A DNA stretch of 32,000 nt from Zestosphaera tikiterensis (GCA_003056265.1 NBVN01000004.1:1-32000), one strand, 5' to 3'; shown: positions 17,132 to 27,275, numbered from the stretch's first letter. A program made the numbers and translations. Notes: generated from the letters alone by a model not told the origin.

Positions 17132-18439
17132 ATGTGTGCTGAAGTGGGCTTAAGAGCTGGGGAGATACTTAGAGTTACTGGGCCTGCGAGAATTACAGTT
17201 GTTGACGGGGAGGTAATACTTGTAGGAGCTAAATACACGCGCGGTAAGTCATTTGTGATTCATGAGTTGCGAAGTTACGGTCTTAAAGCATTGACAGACG
17301 CTAAGCTTTCCATCGTAGTTGGTAGTGGAGGTTCTTTCGAGTATGTAAGTAGCGAAGATGAAGTTGTTGATTCATGGTTAGAGATATCTGACCACATAGC
17401 TAAGTCGAGTGTGAGACCGTTGAAAGTAGTTGTAATAGGGCCTGTAGAATCCGGTAAGACAACACTATCCGCTTTTCTAAGCAATTACCTAAGTCAGAAA
17501 GGTTTAAACACGTGTTTAGTTGAGGGCGATGTAGGTCAAGAAGATTTAGCTATCCCAGCAACTATAGCGTTAACTAAAATCACTAAATCGTTTGTTTGGC
17601 AGAGAGAGTTAAGTTTCGACGACGTCAGATTTGTAGGGTGCATATCACCTCAGTACTGCAGAGCTGAGGTAATTGCTGGGTTGTTAGACTTAATCAATGC
17701 TAATGTGAGCAGATGCGAAGCTTTCATAATAAACACTGACGGATGGGTTAGTAGCGAAGGTGGTTTAACGCATAAGTTAGAAATCATTAGATGGGTTAAA
17801 CCTACGTATGTATTAGTTTTAAGCGAGTTCATCCATAAATTTCTTAAGGAGGTCTTAAGCAACTCTACAGAAGTCATATATGTTAAACCACCACGTAACG
17901 TTAAACCAAGGGACGTTAACGATAGGAGGAACCTTAGATCTGAAGCTTACAGAAGGTATTTCTCTAATGCGTCGATAAGAACTTTAAGGTTAGGTGAGGT
18001 CGGTTTTATAAAATCGCATGTTTTCAATACTACTAAGCTTTCCGCAAACGAACTTAGTGAACTCATTCCAAACATGTCTGAAATTCAAGACTTTATAATA
18101 TACGCTGGAATATCTGACAAATGCGTAAATATCTTAATAGATGATAAAGGTTTGAGGAGCGTTCAAAACCTGAAGATCGTTAGCTTAGGAAACCCGCCCA
18201 ACATAAATGTGAACATAGTGTTAAGAAGTGAGGTTAAGGGATGTTTAGTTGGTATCTTAGGCGAGGGTTTGAAGGACGTGGGTGCTGGGATTTTGGAAGA
18301 TATATTTTTAGAGAATGGTGTTGTGTCTTTAAAGATACGCACTCCTTATGAAGGCTTAATAAAGGCGTTAGTTGGGAGTAATATAAAACTGTCAGAGGAC
18401 TTTAAAGAGATGGGGAGGCCTGCACGATGTGGTATATAA
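17132..18439 (+). CDS. Clp1/Grc3-family polynucleotide 5'-hydroxyl kinase-like P-loop protein
   Basis: VVVIGPVESGKTTLSAFLSNY (Walker A), followed by VEGDVGQ and INTDGW, typical of Clp1-type kinases. Confidence 0.6.
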   Translation: MCAEVGLRAGEILRVTGPARITVVDGEVILVGAKYTRGKSFVIHELRSYGLKALTDAKLSIVVGSGGSFEYVSSEDEVVDSWLEISDHIAKSSVRPLKVVVIGPVESGKTTLSAFLSNYLSQKGLNTCLVEGDVGQEDLAIPATIALTKITKSFVWQRELSFDDVRFVGCISPQYCRAEVIAGLLDLINANVSRCEAFIINTDGWVSSEGGLTHKLEIIRWVKPTYVLVLSEFIHKFLKEVLSNSTEVIYVKPPRNVKPRDVNDRRNLRSEAYRRYFSNASIRTLRLGEVGFIKSHVFNTTKLSANELSELIPNMSEIQDFIIYAGISDKCVNILIDDKGLRSVQNLKIVSLGNPPNINVNIVLRSEVKGCLVGILGEGLKDVGAGILEDIFLENGVVSLKIRTPYEGLIKALVGSNIKLSEDFKEMGRPARCGI

Positions 18440-19728
18440 GCGACGTAGTAAGGCGTCTTGAGGAGGAGGGTAAAGTATTAAATTTAAAGAAACCTTTAAA
18501 AGACGTGTATGAACCAACTAAATGGTTGCTAGAGAGCGATAAGTTAGGGAAAGCAGTTAGGTTTGACGTTGAGGGTAAGAAGCCCTCATGCGTTGGTAAC
18601 GTTATAGCTAGGCGAGAGACCCTATACGAAATCCTCAATGTTAAGGGAGATTTCGAGGCTTATGAGAAGCTCATTGCTAGCATGTCGGTAAAGCATGGCG
18701 ATTCATGGTATGTTGAAGAGAACTTTTGGGAACATTACGTGAGGTATGAGGGAAGTTTTGAAGACTTACCGGCTATAAAGTTTTTTGAGAGGGATGGCGG
18801 TAAGTACATAACGTCCTCTGTAGTGATAGCCGAGGCTTCAGACGTTAAATCCTATAACGCATCAGTCCATAGGTTAATGCTAGTTCCAGGTAAGGGCTTC
18901 GCTATTAGGATAGTGCCTAGGCATCTCTATAGAATTTACGAGTTTAACCGTGGTTTAGGTAGGGAAACGCCAATAGCTATAGCTATAGGTACACACCCCT
19001 TAGCTTTACTCTCCGCGTCTATCTCGCCCCCCTACGGGGTTTTTGAGTTCGCCTTAGCGAGTTACTTAGCCAGTTCTAAAGTACCTATAGTTAAAACCCC
19101 TATGTATGGTTTGCCCGTAGTTGCTGGTACGTCGGTTGTTATAGAAGGGCGTATCACGGAAGAGTTTGTTGATGAAGGGCCTTTCGTTGACTTACTTAGC
19201 CTCTACGACGTAGTTAGGAAGCAGCCTCTGATAAAGGTTGACTCTATATATGTAAATAAAGAAGAACCTCTTTTTCATGTGATACTTCCTGGCGGTTCAG
19301 AACATAAGATATTAATGGGCTTCTCTAGGGAGGCGTTTATATGGGATGCCGTAAGGAAAGTCGTGCCTAAAGTAGTTAAGGTAAGGCTGACGAATGGCGG
19401 TGGAGGATGGTTGCATGCTGTAGTGTCTATAGAGAAGAATCATGACGGCGACTCTAAAAACGCTATAATGGCTGCTTTCGCTGCCCACCAAAGTTTAAAA
19501 CACGTTGTTGTAGTAGATTCAGACGTAGATCCCGACTCACCTGAAGAAGTTGAGTGGGCTATAGCTACTAGGTTTCAAGCGAGTAAGGGCTTGATTGTCA
19601 TTAAGGATGCTAGAGGATCTACTTTAGATCCTAGCTCTAGCGACGGCTTAACGGATAAAGTCGGTATAGACGCTACAACCCCCACTAAAGAGAGGATTAA
19701 GTATTTAAAGCCTAAAGTCCCTCTGTGA
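18427..19728 (+). CDS. UbiD-family decarboxylase; by context, candidate anhydromevalonate phosphate decarboxylase
   Basis: 433 aa with UbiD-like organisation throughout. It overlaps the Clp1-like gene by 13 nt and directly precedes the AcnX subunit genes. Confidence 0.7.
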   Translation: MWYISDVVRRLEEEGKVLNLKKPLKDVYEPTKWLLESDKLGKAVRFDVEGKKPSCVGNVIARRETLYEILNVKGDFEAYEKLIASMSVKHGDSWYVEENFWEHYVRYEGSFEDLPAIKFFERDGGKYITSSVVIAEASDVKSYNASVHRLMLVPGKGFAIRIVPRHLYRIYEFNRGLGRETPIAIAIGTHPLALLSASISPPYGVFEFALASYLASSKVPIVKTPMYGLPVVAGTSVVIEGRITEEFVDEGPFVDLLSLYDVVRKQPLIKVDSIYVNKEEPLFHVILPGGSEHKILMGFSREAFIWDAVRKVVPKVVKVRLTNGGGGWLHAVVSIEKNHDGDSKNAIMAAFAAHQSLKHVVVVDSDVDPDSPEEVEWAIATRFQASKGLIVIKDARGSTLDPSSSDGLTDKVGIDATTPTKERIKYLKPKVPL

Positions 19729-19740
19729 AGGTGTTGAGTT

Positions 19741-20946
19741 TTGTACTTAACTAAGGAGGAGGAGGCACTACTTAACGGCGAGTATGGTGAAGTATTCGCG
19801 ATGGCTATGAAGACAGTAGTTAAAGTGGGTGAGGTCTTAGGAGCTGATAGGTTAATTCACGTAGAACATGCACACGTATCAGGCGTTTCATATTTCAATA
19901 TAAGAGATTCCGGTTTAGAATTCATTGAATCCCTAGTTGATAAGGGAGCTAAGTTTTCAACATACACAACAAGCAATCCGTACGCCGTAATAATAGATGG
20001 GGAAATACCTGAAGACGTGATCATCAAGCAGAAAAGGATAATAGCAGCCCTCAAGAAAATGGGTTCGCAAGCGTTTACCTGCGCACCTTACCACGTTAGA
20101 AAGCCTAACTATGGCGAACACCTAGCTTGGGCTGAGTCAAACGCTGTTTTATACGCTAACAGTTTGTTAGGGGCTAGGTCAAATCGCGAAGGCGGTCCTC
20201 TAGCCTTGCTAGAAGCGTTAATAGGAAGAACGTATATGGCCGGCGCGCATTTAGACGATGGGAGGGTACCTAAGTGTTTAGTGGAAGTGGATGAAACACC
20301 TAAAGACGTATCTATTATGTCCTATCTAGGGCTTAAGATAGGTGAGTTATGCCCGGATAAAATCCCGTTGGTTAAGGGTTTATCGCGTGTCCCTGAATGG
20401 TGGCTTAAGCTTTTTCTAGCTTCTTTCGGCGCTACATCAAATACGCCTATGGTGGTTCTAGAAGGCATTACGCCAGATTATAAAGAACTCTCTACTAAGG
20501 CAGATATAGAGGATAGGTATAGGGTTAGGATAGTTGATATAGAGAAAGAGTTTATTAAAGACGTGGAAAAACCTTTAAGAAGCGAAGGTAAGGTCATATA
20601 TTTCATAGGGTGTCCCCACCTATCTCCGGAGGAGTTGAAACAGGTAAGTGATTTAATGAAGTTTGAACGACACAGCAGGAATGAACGCTTAGAGTTCTGG
20701 GTTGGGGTAGGCGATAACATATCTTCGGAAGATCCTGTAGTCAAGGATTTAATTAGTATGGGCGTTAAGGTATTGCGTGGTATGTGTCCAGTAACTACAG
20801 ACTTGAGATTGCTAGGGGTAAGTTTTGTTGTGACAGACTCGGGTAAGGCGTTATTCTATATGCCTAAGCTTGCTAAAGTTAACGTGGTAGTTAAAGATAG
20901 GAGTAAGTTAGTAAGTGATTACTTAGGGTGCTTAAGTTTAAAGTAA
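19741..20946 (+). CDS. aconitase X catalytic (large) subunit, DUF521; candidate phosphomevalonate dehydratase large subunit
   Basis: MYLTKEEEALLNGEYGE...HVEHAHVSG...CAPY...ESNAVLYANSLLGARSN matches the AcnX/DUF521 family pattern. Confidence 0.75.
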   Translation: MYLTKEEEALLNGEYGEVFAMAMKTVVKVGEVLGADRLIHVEHAHVSGVSYFNIRDSGLEFIESLVDKGAKFSTYTTSNPYAVIIDGEIPEDVIIKQKRIIAALKKMGSQAFTCAPYHVRKPNYGEHLAWAESNAVLYANSLLGARSNREGGPLALLEALIGRTYMAGAHLDDGRVPKCLVEVDETPKDVSIMSYLGLKIGELCPDKIPLVKGLSRVPEWWLKLFLASFGATSNTPMVVLEGITPDYKELSTKADIEDRYRVRIVDIEKEFIKDVEKPLRSEGKVIYFIGCPHLSPEELKQVSDLMKFERHSRNERLEFWVGVGDNISSEDPVVKDLISMGVKVLRGMCPVTTDLRLLGVSFVVTDSGKALFYMPKLAKVNVVVKDRSKLVSDYLGCLSLK

Positions 20947-20969
20947 TATGGGATTTAAGGTGGGTAGGC

Positions 20970-21374
20970 ATGGATATACCCGTGAGCAAGGTTTTCAGTG
21001 AGTCCGAAGTTTGTGGAGTGTTGAGGGTTAGTAAAAAACCTCTTTCGTTTCTTGGTGATGTAGACGTTGATAAAGCTGAAGTTAAGGGGTTAGGTAGTAT
21101 AGGTGGTGTAATTTTAGCGGTTCACGCATTTGTTGGTAGTACTGTAGGGCCTTACGTCCTCTTCTCCCTAATGAAGAGAGGTTCCCTGCCTAAAGCCTTA
21201 ATAACTACTGCTGTGGATCCGACGATACTTGCTGGTTGTGTTTTAACAGGGTTGCCTTTATATAAGGTTAACCCTAAAGATTTAGAGCTTCTTATTAAGT
21301 ACGATGGATGTAATGTGTGTTTACAGGGAGGTAAGCTAACGATACTTGATTCGGCTGGTGAATGTCTTGAGTAG
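20970..21374 (+). CDS. aconitase X swivel (small) subunit, DUF126; candidate phosphomevalonate dehydratase small subunit
   Basis: PLSFLGDVD......GSTVGPYVLFSL...G..PKALI is the DUF126 pattern. I prefer ATG 20970, preceded by aaggtgggtagg, over the track start at 20928. Confidence 0.65.
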   Translation: MDIPVSKVFSESEVCGVLRVSKKPLSFLGDVDVDKAEVKGLGSIGGVILAVHAFVGSTVGPYVLFSLMKRGSLPKALITTAVDPTILAGCVLTGLPLYKVNPKDLELLIKYDGCNVCLQGGKLTILDSAGECLE

Positions 21375-21966
21375 GTACTTCATAGTACTTGAAGGTATCG
21401 ACGGTTCAGGGAAGACAACTATAGCTAAGGCTTTAGTGACGGCTTTAAACTCAGCCAACGTGAAAGCTCTCTACACGTACGAACCCTACAATCCTGACTT
21501 CATAGAGATGATTAAAAAATATGGGAAGGACTTCGGAGGCGTTATGGAGGCTTTACTCATGGCTGTAGATAGATACTACCACGTTGAGAGAGTGGTAAAA
21601 CCGTATTTAAACATGGGATACTCGGTAGTAAGTGATAGGTACTTCTATTCTTCCTTAGCTTATCAAGGGGCTAGAGGAGTCAGTTTGGAATGGATAAAAA
21701 CATTGAATGAATTCGCACCTAAACCTTCCCTAGCTATATATCTAGATGTAAGTCCTGAGGAGGGTTTAAAAAGAAAGCTTAACGTAGCAACTAAGATAAA
21801 ATATATGGAGGAGGATCCAGAATTTCTACGTAAAGTTAGAGAGATTTATAAACGCTTAGTTAGTGAAGGATTTCTAATTGAGGTCGACGCCTCAAGAAAT
21901 TACGAGGTAGTGTTTCAAGACTGTGTAAACTTAGTTTGTAGAAAGTTGGGGCTGTTATGTACGTAA
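21346..21966 (+). CDS. tmk: thymidylate kinase
   Basis: FIVLEGIDGSGKTT P-loop, DRY motif (VSDRYFYSSLAYQ), and lid region. The real start is probably the internal TTG at 21367 (MSRYFIVLEG), which overlaps the upstream stop. Confidence 0.85.
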   Translation: MIRLVNVLSRYFIVLEGIDGSGKTTIAKALVTALNSANVKALYTYEPYNPDFIEMIKKYGKDFGGVMEALLMAVDRYYHVERVVKPYLNMGYSVVSDRYFYSSLAYQGARGVSLEWIKTLNEFAPKPSLAIYLDVSPEEGLKRKLNVATKIKYMEEDPEFLRKVREIYKRLVSEGFLIEVDASRNYEVVFQDCVNLVCRKLGLLCT

Positions 21967-22089
21967 CTCCTCACAGCTTTTTACCATCTTGACTTCCTCC
22001 ATAGAACTTAAATCCACTTATTGCTCACCCACCTTGGTATAATCATCATTGACTTTGATTGGGATGAAAATCTGGGGAGAAACGGTAAT

Positions 22090-23520
22090 TCATGTTTTAA
22101 AGTTAAGATATGTTGCTGAACATATTTCATCCATTAATGCGTCGATTTCTTTAATTACGTTGGAGATTATGTCCTGCGATAGTAAGCCTTCAGAAAGGAG
22201 TTTTCTAAAACCGTCGGTGTCTATTATCCTGCAACCTTCGCTTTCTGTAAATATGAGATCTGTCTCTAAATCTATGTATTTAACCCTACCTGACGGTAGG
22301 ATCTCTGGGGGCGTGTTGATGTTTGCGTAGATACCCTTAAGTTTGCCGTCCTTGCTCCAGTACCTATGTATTAAAGACCACCTACCTAAGTTCAGCTCTG
22401 AGGTTATGATGTCTCCAGGTTCTTTTTTCACGTTTATCCCGTCGTATATGCCTATTGATTTAACCAATCTCTTCAACGATATCTTAGCTTTGTCTAAGTC
22501 GCTTATGGTTTGAACTACAGCCTTGCCGAGCAAGATTCTCCTATCTAGCTTCCTATGTTCTATTACAACTTCGCCCTTCTCACAAACTTTGCTTAACAAC
22601 CACTTCAGAACTGTGGTTTTTGAGATATCCTCAGGTATTGAATGCGTTAACATATCAGCAAGCTCTACATAGCCGTCGTCCCTCACTTCACTACTTTTTA
22701 GGAGGTGATGCATGTACACTGTAGGAACTACTTTATTCCTTACGCTATCTAAGTGGAGTTTAGATACGTAGGTAAGTTCGTAGATTCTAACGAGCTCACC
22801 TTCATAAACGACCGTGTTTAACGGAGCTTCCCTTAATCTGCTAAGGACTTCATTAAGTAAATCTATTAACTCAGGTATTTCAGACATTATATCGGTTAGG
22901 TTTGCTTCGTCGGCATTGCTTCGCCATCTGATGGAATATCCCTCACGTAGGTACTTAGCCGAGATCTCCAAGAGTTGCGAGACCCTTTCCTTATTCTTTA
23001 TAAAGTTGCTGAATGAAACGCCTGTGCCCCTACCTAATATAGCATATTTACCAACGACCCTCACCCTTTCAGAAACTACGAGCTTTTCGTTACTACCTAT
23101 AGGTAGCTTAATTACTGATACGTAAACCTCCCTACCCGGTTGGCAGTCTACGTAATCCACAAGCAAAGCTTTACCTAAAGGGCTTTCAACAACGCATTCT
23201 CTATTTTCAAATCCTAATACGCGCGTCTTAAAGCTTGCGTATAAACCTATAGGTGGTTTAAACATTATCAAGCCTGGGATACTCATCTCTAAAATCTCCG
23301 AGACTTCCTCTACACTCTCTGGAAAACCTAAGACAATTATCTGCGATGGGTTATCATTCTCCGTTTTTACCGTAACGTCCGCCGGAAGACCCTGCCTTTC
23401 ATCAATTCCAAGCCTGGAAGCTATAACTGGGGAAACGTCAACTAGTTCAATTCCGTTATCTAGCAGTATCTTAGACAATGCTGTTGAGTAAATACCTCTG
23501 ACTCTAGCCTTAACAGCCAT
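22090..23520 (-). CDS. FAU-1/RNA-binding protein AU-1 (RNase E/G-like, with DUF402)
   Basis: N-terminus MAVKARVRGIYSTALSKILLDNG is characteristic of archaeal FAU-1. 476 aa. Confidence 0.75.
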   Translation of the reverse strand: MAVKARVRGIYSTALSKILLDNGIELVDVSPVIASRLGIDERQGLPADVTVKTENDNPSQIIVLGFPESVEEVSEILEMSIPGLIMFKPPIGLYASFKTRVLGFENRECVVESPLGKALLVDYVDCQPGREVYVSVIKLPIGSNEKLVVSERVRVVGKYAILGRGTGVSFSNFIKNKERVSQLLEISAKYLREGYSIRWRSNADEANLTDIMSEIPELIDLLNEVLSRLREAPLNTVVYEGELVRIYELTYVSKLHLDSVRNKVVPTVYMHHLLKSSEVRDDGYVELADMLTHSIPEDISKTTVLKWLLSKVCEKGEVVIEHRKLDRRILLGKAVVQTISDLDKAKISLKRLVKSIGIYDGINVKKEPGDIITSELNLGRWSLIHRYWSKDGKLKGIYANINTPPEILPSGRVKYIDLETDLIFTESEGCRIIDTDGFRKLLSEGLLSQDIISNVIKEIDALMDEICSATYLNFKT

Positions 23521-23574
23521 GATAGCACCCTTAAATTCGATGGGGGTTTGTAAGGACTCTCTTTCCCTCCTGGC

Positions 23575-23859
23575 TTAGTCCTTAACCGTAGATAAAACAG
23601 CTACTATGTTCCATACAGCTGTTCTAGCGTGCATGGGCATGTTAGGATCTTGGCTGACCTCGTCCAACACGCTAACGGCGTTAGCTGCTCTAACTCCGGG
23701 AGTTAGTGAAAAATCTCTCAACATGTTTAAAGCGTTTATAGCTGCTCTCCTTATATTCCTAGGTACGCTGGCGTCGTTAATTATCTTCTCAAGCATCATC
23801 ATAGCTTGCTTAATCTTGATTTCATTCAATTGCTGTTTGTTTAATTCAGGCGTACTCAC
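23575..23859 (-). CDS. UPF0147-family protein
   Basis: 94 aa with [16 protein letters not shown]...[20 protein letters not shown], the conserved UPF0147 pattern. Confidence 0.65.
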   Translation of the reverse strand: MSTPELNKQQLNEIKIKQAMMMLEKIINDASVPRNIRRAAINALNMLRDFSLTPGVRAANAVSVLDEVSQDPNMPMHARTAVWNIVAVLSTVKD

Positions 23860-23949
23860 CTATCACACCCTAAGAAAAAATCCACGATGCAAGTAAATAA
23901 GCATAAAGCCTATTATCTCTTTTAGAAGGTAACTTACTGGTGGCAGGTT

Positions 23950-24306
23950 TTGAACGAGGAAGTAGATAAAGATAAAGCTGTGAAGAAAATGTCGGAGTTA
24001 CTTAGATCTGGAGCTGTAATGTTAGATCAAACATGCCCACTGTGTGGGTTGCCCTTATTTAAGTTAAGGAGTGGGGAGGTTGTATGCTCAATACACGGTC
24101 CTGTAAGGGTAGTTAAGAGCGAGTCTGAAGCTATTGAAGCCACAACGTCGGCTGTTTTAAACGAAGCTGAGAAGCTGATCTCAATGAAATTATACAGCGC
24201 TTTAAAGAGGCTCTCAGAAAACGAAGATGTAGATGAATACGAATTAAAGAGGGTCGTATATCTTTTAGATATCCTAGAGAGAGTAAGACGTATAAAGAAA
24301 ACCTAA
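23950..24306 (+). CDS. UPF0148 / autoantigen p27-like zinc-ribbon protein
   Basis: MLDQTCPLCGLPLFKLRSGEVVCSIHG zinc ribbon followed by a helical tail. TTG start. Confidence 0.55.
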   Translation: MNEEVDKDKAVKKMSELLRSGAVMLDQTCPLCGLPLFKLRSGEVVCSIHGPVRVVKSESEAIEATTSAVLNEAEKLISMKLYSALKRLSENEDVDEYELKRVVYLLDILERVRRIKKT

Positions 24307-24354
24307 CAATGCTAGATGTGTGGTTTCTAACGACTTAACATAGTTTTTCAAGCC

Positions 24355-24687
24355 TTAGAAAGGCAGTTTAACCCCTTTAGAGCTTAAAACTTCTGAGACA
24401 GACCATTTAAGAGCTTCATAATCCTTCTTAAAGTTACCGAAGATTTTCTCCTGCCTCATGAGTTCTTGACCTTTAAAGTATAGTAGGATAGTAACGGCTT
24501 TTTCATCTGCGTTTTCAATAAAGGCAACACCTGTGATGACGACACCTCTAGACTTTTCTTCAAGACGTTGGAAAACCTCCAATAAGATTTTACCGCAGCC
24601 GTCTCTATCGTTAGTAATCGCTACTAACGCTATGTCATTACCGTAAACAAAACTCATCAACTCTTTAGTGCTTTTTAAAAGCTTCAT
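24355..24687 (-). CDS. thioredoxin-fold-like protein with degenerate active site
   Basis: 110 aa. DGCGK sits where thioredoxins carry WCGPC. Overlaps the upstream gene by 4 nt (ATGA). Confidence 0.35.
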   Translation of the reverse strand: MKLLKSTKELMSFVYGNDIALVAITNDRDGCGKILLEVFQRLEEKSRGVVITGVAFIENADEKAVTILLYFKGQELMRQEKIFGNFKKDYEALKWSVSEVLSSKGVKLPF

Positions 24688-25529
24688 GACTTAAGACCAC
24701 ACTTAACCTTATATGTCTCCCTTATGAGTTTCTTTTCTTCGGCGGATAAATATATTTCTATATCTTCAACGCTTCTAGCCTGTGTCGGGCTCTTTAAACC
24801 GGACGCGTTTAATAACACTGTATCATAGTTGGTTAAAGTTTTTAAGTCGTTGCAGTCTAGAAGTTCTAGAAAAGATTTAAGTATGTTATTAAATCCCACA
24901 TATTTCTTAAGTTCAGGCTCTGTTACGTATGATCCACAAACTAGGCATGTCATGTCAGGCATTAAAGAATTAAAACCGCATTTAGGGCATTCAACTGGTA
25001 GGTTCTGCGATCTCCTAGCTAACCACGCGGAAGACCATTTACTTCTTAAATGTTTTAGTAGATCATCCCTACCAGCTCTAACTATATGAGCGTAGATCTT
25101 AGGTGCGATATTTAATACGTTAACGCCTACGTTAAAAACTATAAACTCTAATTGATCGATGGTGTATCTATCCAGCATATATGCCAACCTACTTGCTATT
25201 ACTTCATTCAACCTATCTTTATACCTGTTATATCTCTTAACAACTGTCTCTACAGGGGTTCGTGTGGTTGTCGAACCGTAAAGCTGCGTTAAGATGTCGT
25301 GAAGTAACTCTATGTATTGATCCCTAGATAGGTTGAGAATTGACAGACCAGTCATTTCAACGAACTCGTTTATGTTCGCCTCTATCCACGCATCAATATC
25401 GACTTCCTTCTTAGGCTTTGATTTCCTAACCTTCTTTTCCTCACTTTCTACTTCCTTAACCTTAACTTCCTTTTCTTTACCTTTACCGCGTTTTTCCTTA
25501 GGTTTTTCCTTCTTTGGCGTAATAACCAC
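24684..25529 (-). CDS. hypothetical protein with Lys/Glu-rich N-terminus and a CPxCG zinc ribbon
   Basis: KEKPKEKRGKGKEKEVKVKE... then CPKCGFNSLMPDMTCLVCG. The GTG start directly abuts the TAG stop of the GTPase gene. Confidence 0.5.
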   Translation of the reverse strand: MVITPKKEKPKEKRGKGKEKEVKVKEVESEEKKVRKSKPKKEVDIDAWIEANINEFVEMTGLSILNLSRDQYIELLHDILTQLYGSTTTRTPVETVVKRYNRYKDRLNEVIASRLAYMLDRYTIDQLEFIVFNVGVNVLNIAPKIYAHIVRAGRDDLLKHLRSKWSSAWLARRSQNLPVECPKCGFNSLMPDMTCLVCGSYVTEPELKKYVGFNNILKSFLELLDCNDLKTLTNYDTVLLNASGLKSPTQARSVEDIEIYLSAEEKKLIRETYKVKCGLKS

Positions 25530-26726
25530 CTAAACACCTTTAATGGTCGTCCTGATTTCTATAACGTCGCCATCCATTAAAATATGATCAAGACCTACTC
25601 TCTCCCCAGGATATTTAGCTGAAGGACCCCAAATCTTAGCGAATTTAAAGTATTTAAGGAACTCCTCCCTTATTTTCTTAATAGCTTCCTCAACTGTAGC
25701 TCCTTCTTTAAGAATCATAGGCTTAGGTGAGGGACGCCCTGAGTTAGGTTCCTTAGTGTAAACTCTGATTATCTTTAACATCTTAAAGACTTTCTCCGGT
25801 ACGTTGTCGAATCCTAAGCGCTTAGCTGCTGAGACCGGAAGTACTTGAATATCTGGGTAGTTGCTTAATATGGTGGTAAGTACTTCAGAGACTTGTTCCC
25901 TATCTATTAAGTCCACCTTATTTAAGAGAACTAAAGTAGGCTTGTAAGTTATTCTTTCGAAGATTGCTTTCTCTATATCGTCTAACGTCACCTCACCGAA
26001 GACCCTAACTTCAGCGTTATAAATCCTATAACTTTCTAAAAGCTTCCTGACATCATCTGATGTACAGTTGATAAGCCTTCCGTACGTTATTACTCTAATG
26101 CCGTGAACGTCCCTACTCTTTATCACTGAAACCTCACCGGAGGGTTTCCTTACATGAATGCCTACTTCCGCCAACTCCTCCACAATACTTTTAAATTGCT
26201 CTATGGGGTCATTTGCTGCGTCTAGAACTACGATAAGTCCGTCAGCGTTTCTAGCAAGACCTAAAACCCTAGACCCCCACCACACACTGCCTTTGGACAT
26301 TCCATTAACGAAGGCCGGCGCTTCAATAACTTGAATCTGTATGTCTTGATAAGGCATCATTCCAGGAACGGGGAGAGTCGTAGTAAATGGTATAGGGCTG
26401 ACCTCAGGCTTAGCGTTAGTTAAGATCCGTAGGACGGAGCTCTTACCTGATTTAGTAAATCCTAACATGACTACTTGCGCGGCTCCCTCCTTCTCAATGA
26501 AGAATGTAGGGCCTCCGCCACCACCTCTCCTGGCTTTCTTCTCTTCAAGCTCATCCTTTAATTCCGCTATCTTCCTCCTAACCCAAGCTCTAAGGTTTTC
26601 AGTTCCTTTATGCTTAGGTACGTAGGATAGAAACTCCTCTAGAGCTTCTATTTTCTCCTCTAACGTTCTAGCTTCTAAATATTTAACCCACTTTGCTTTA
26701 GCTTCAGCAGGCAGGTTTGTAGGCAC
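25530..26726 (-). CDS. DRG/Obg-type GTPase with C-terminal TGS domain
   Basis: G1 motif GFTKSGKS, FTT, and NKVD, then a C-terminal TGS-like segment (VYTKEP...KPMILKEGATVEE...HILMDGDVIEI). GTG start. Confidence 0.8.
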   Translation of the reverse strand: MPTNLPAEAKAKWVKYLEARTLEEKIEALEEFLSYVPKHKGTENLRAWVRRKIAELKDELEEKKARRGGGGGPTFFIEKEGAAQVVMLGFTKSGKSSVLRILTNAKPEVSPIPFTTTLPVPGMMPYQDIQIQVIEAPAFVNGMSKGSVWWGSRVLGLARNADGLIVVLDAANDPIEQFKSIVEELAEVGIHVRKPSGEVSVIKSRDVHGIRVITYGRLINCTSDDVRKLLESYRIYNAEVRVFGEVTLDDIEKAIFERITYKPTLVLLNKVDLIDREQVSEVLTTILSNYPDIQVLPVSAAKRLGFDNVPEKVFKMLKIIRVYTKEPNSGRPSPKPMILKEGATVEEAIKKIREEFLKYFKFAKIWGPSAKYPGERVGLDHILMDGDVIEIRTTIKGV

Positions 26727-26924
26727 TTTACGCTATACCCTCTCCCATACATTCATAGCATCTATCTTAATTTGCTTTTAGTAAGTAAGTGAAGAAGTTC
26801 TCAAGAGCTACTTAGTATTAAGCACTTTGTTAAGTGCTTTGGAAGCCTCCCCATCGGCGTTTAGCGTTTATTAACAAAGATAGAACTCTATCATTGATAA
26901 AGTAAAGGGAGGCGATACAACTTA

Positions 26925-27275
26925 ATGTCTTCAGATAAGGAAGGAAAATTCAGAATGTCCATACCTAAGAAGGAGGAGGATATAAACATCGAAGAAGAGC
27001 ATGAACACGAAGAACACGAGCATCATCATGAACATGAAGTCATAAGCGATGAGAACTATGAGATACTGCTTCTTAACGCTATAGCACATTCCTTAAGTCA
27101 TGTGGAGTCAAGCTTAGGCAGTATAAACAACAATTTGAAACTCATGCTTACGTATCTTGAGAACTTACGCACATCAATAAACAGCTTAACCAAGGTGTTC
27201 TTACTGCAGGAAGTTAAAGATCAGGACATGAGGAGAAAACTGCTTTCAGAGATTCTTGACTCTATAACTCAATAG
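26925..27275 (+). CDS. hypothetical His/Glu-rich protein
   Basis: 116 aa containing EEEHEHEEHEHHHEHE followed by a helical C-terminal half. Confidence 0.45.
   Translation: MSSDKEGKFRMSIPKKEEDINIEEEHEHEEHEHHHEHEVISDENYEILLLNAIAHSLSHVESSLGSINNNLKLMLTYLENLRTSINSLTKVFLLQEVKDQDMRRKLLSEILDSITQ

Noticed and set aside
22040-22115. Possible C/D box sRNA in the tmk/FAU-1 convergent spacer (minus strand AATGATGA at about 22044-22051).
   Set aside because: No CTGA D box at the right spacing, no recognisable C'/D' pair, and the distance to the only CTGTGA-like motif is about 75 nt, longer than the typical archaeal 50-60 nt.
26820-26839. A perfect 8-bp hairpin AAGCACTT-tgtt-AAGTGCTT in the DRG / His-rich divergent spacer.
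   Set aside because: A single AT-rich hairpin with no flanking T tract or repeat partner. Possibly an operator, but there is nothing to support a specific call.
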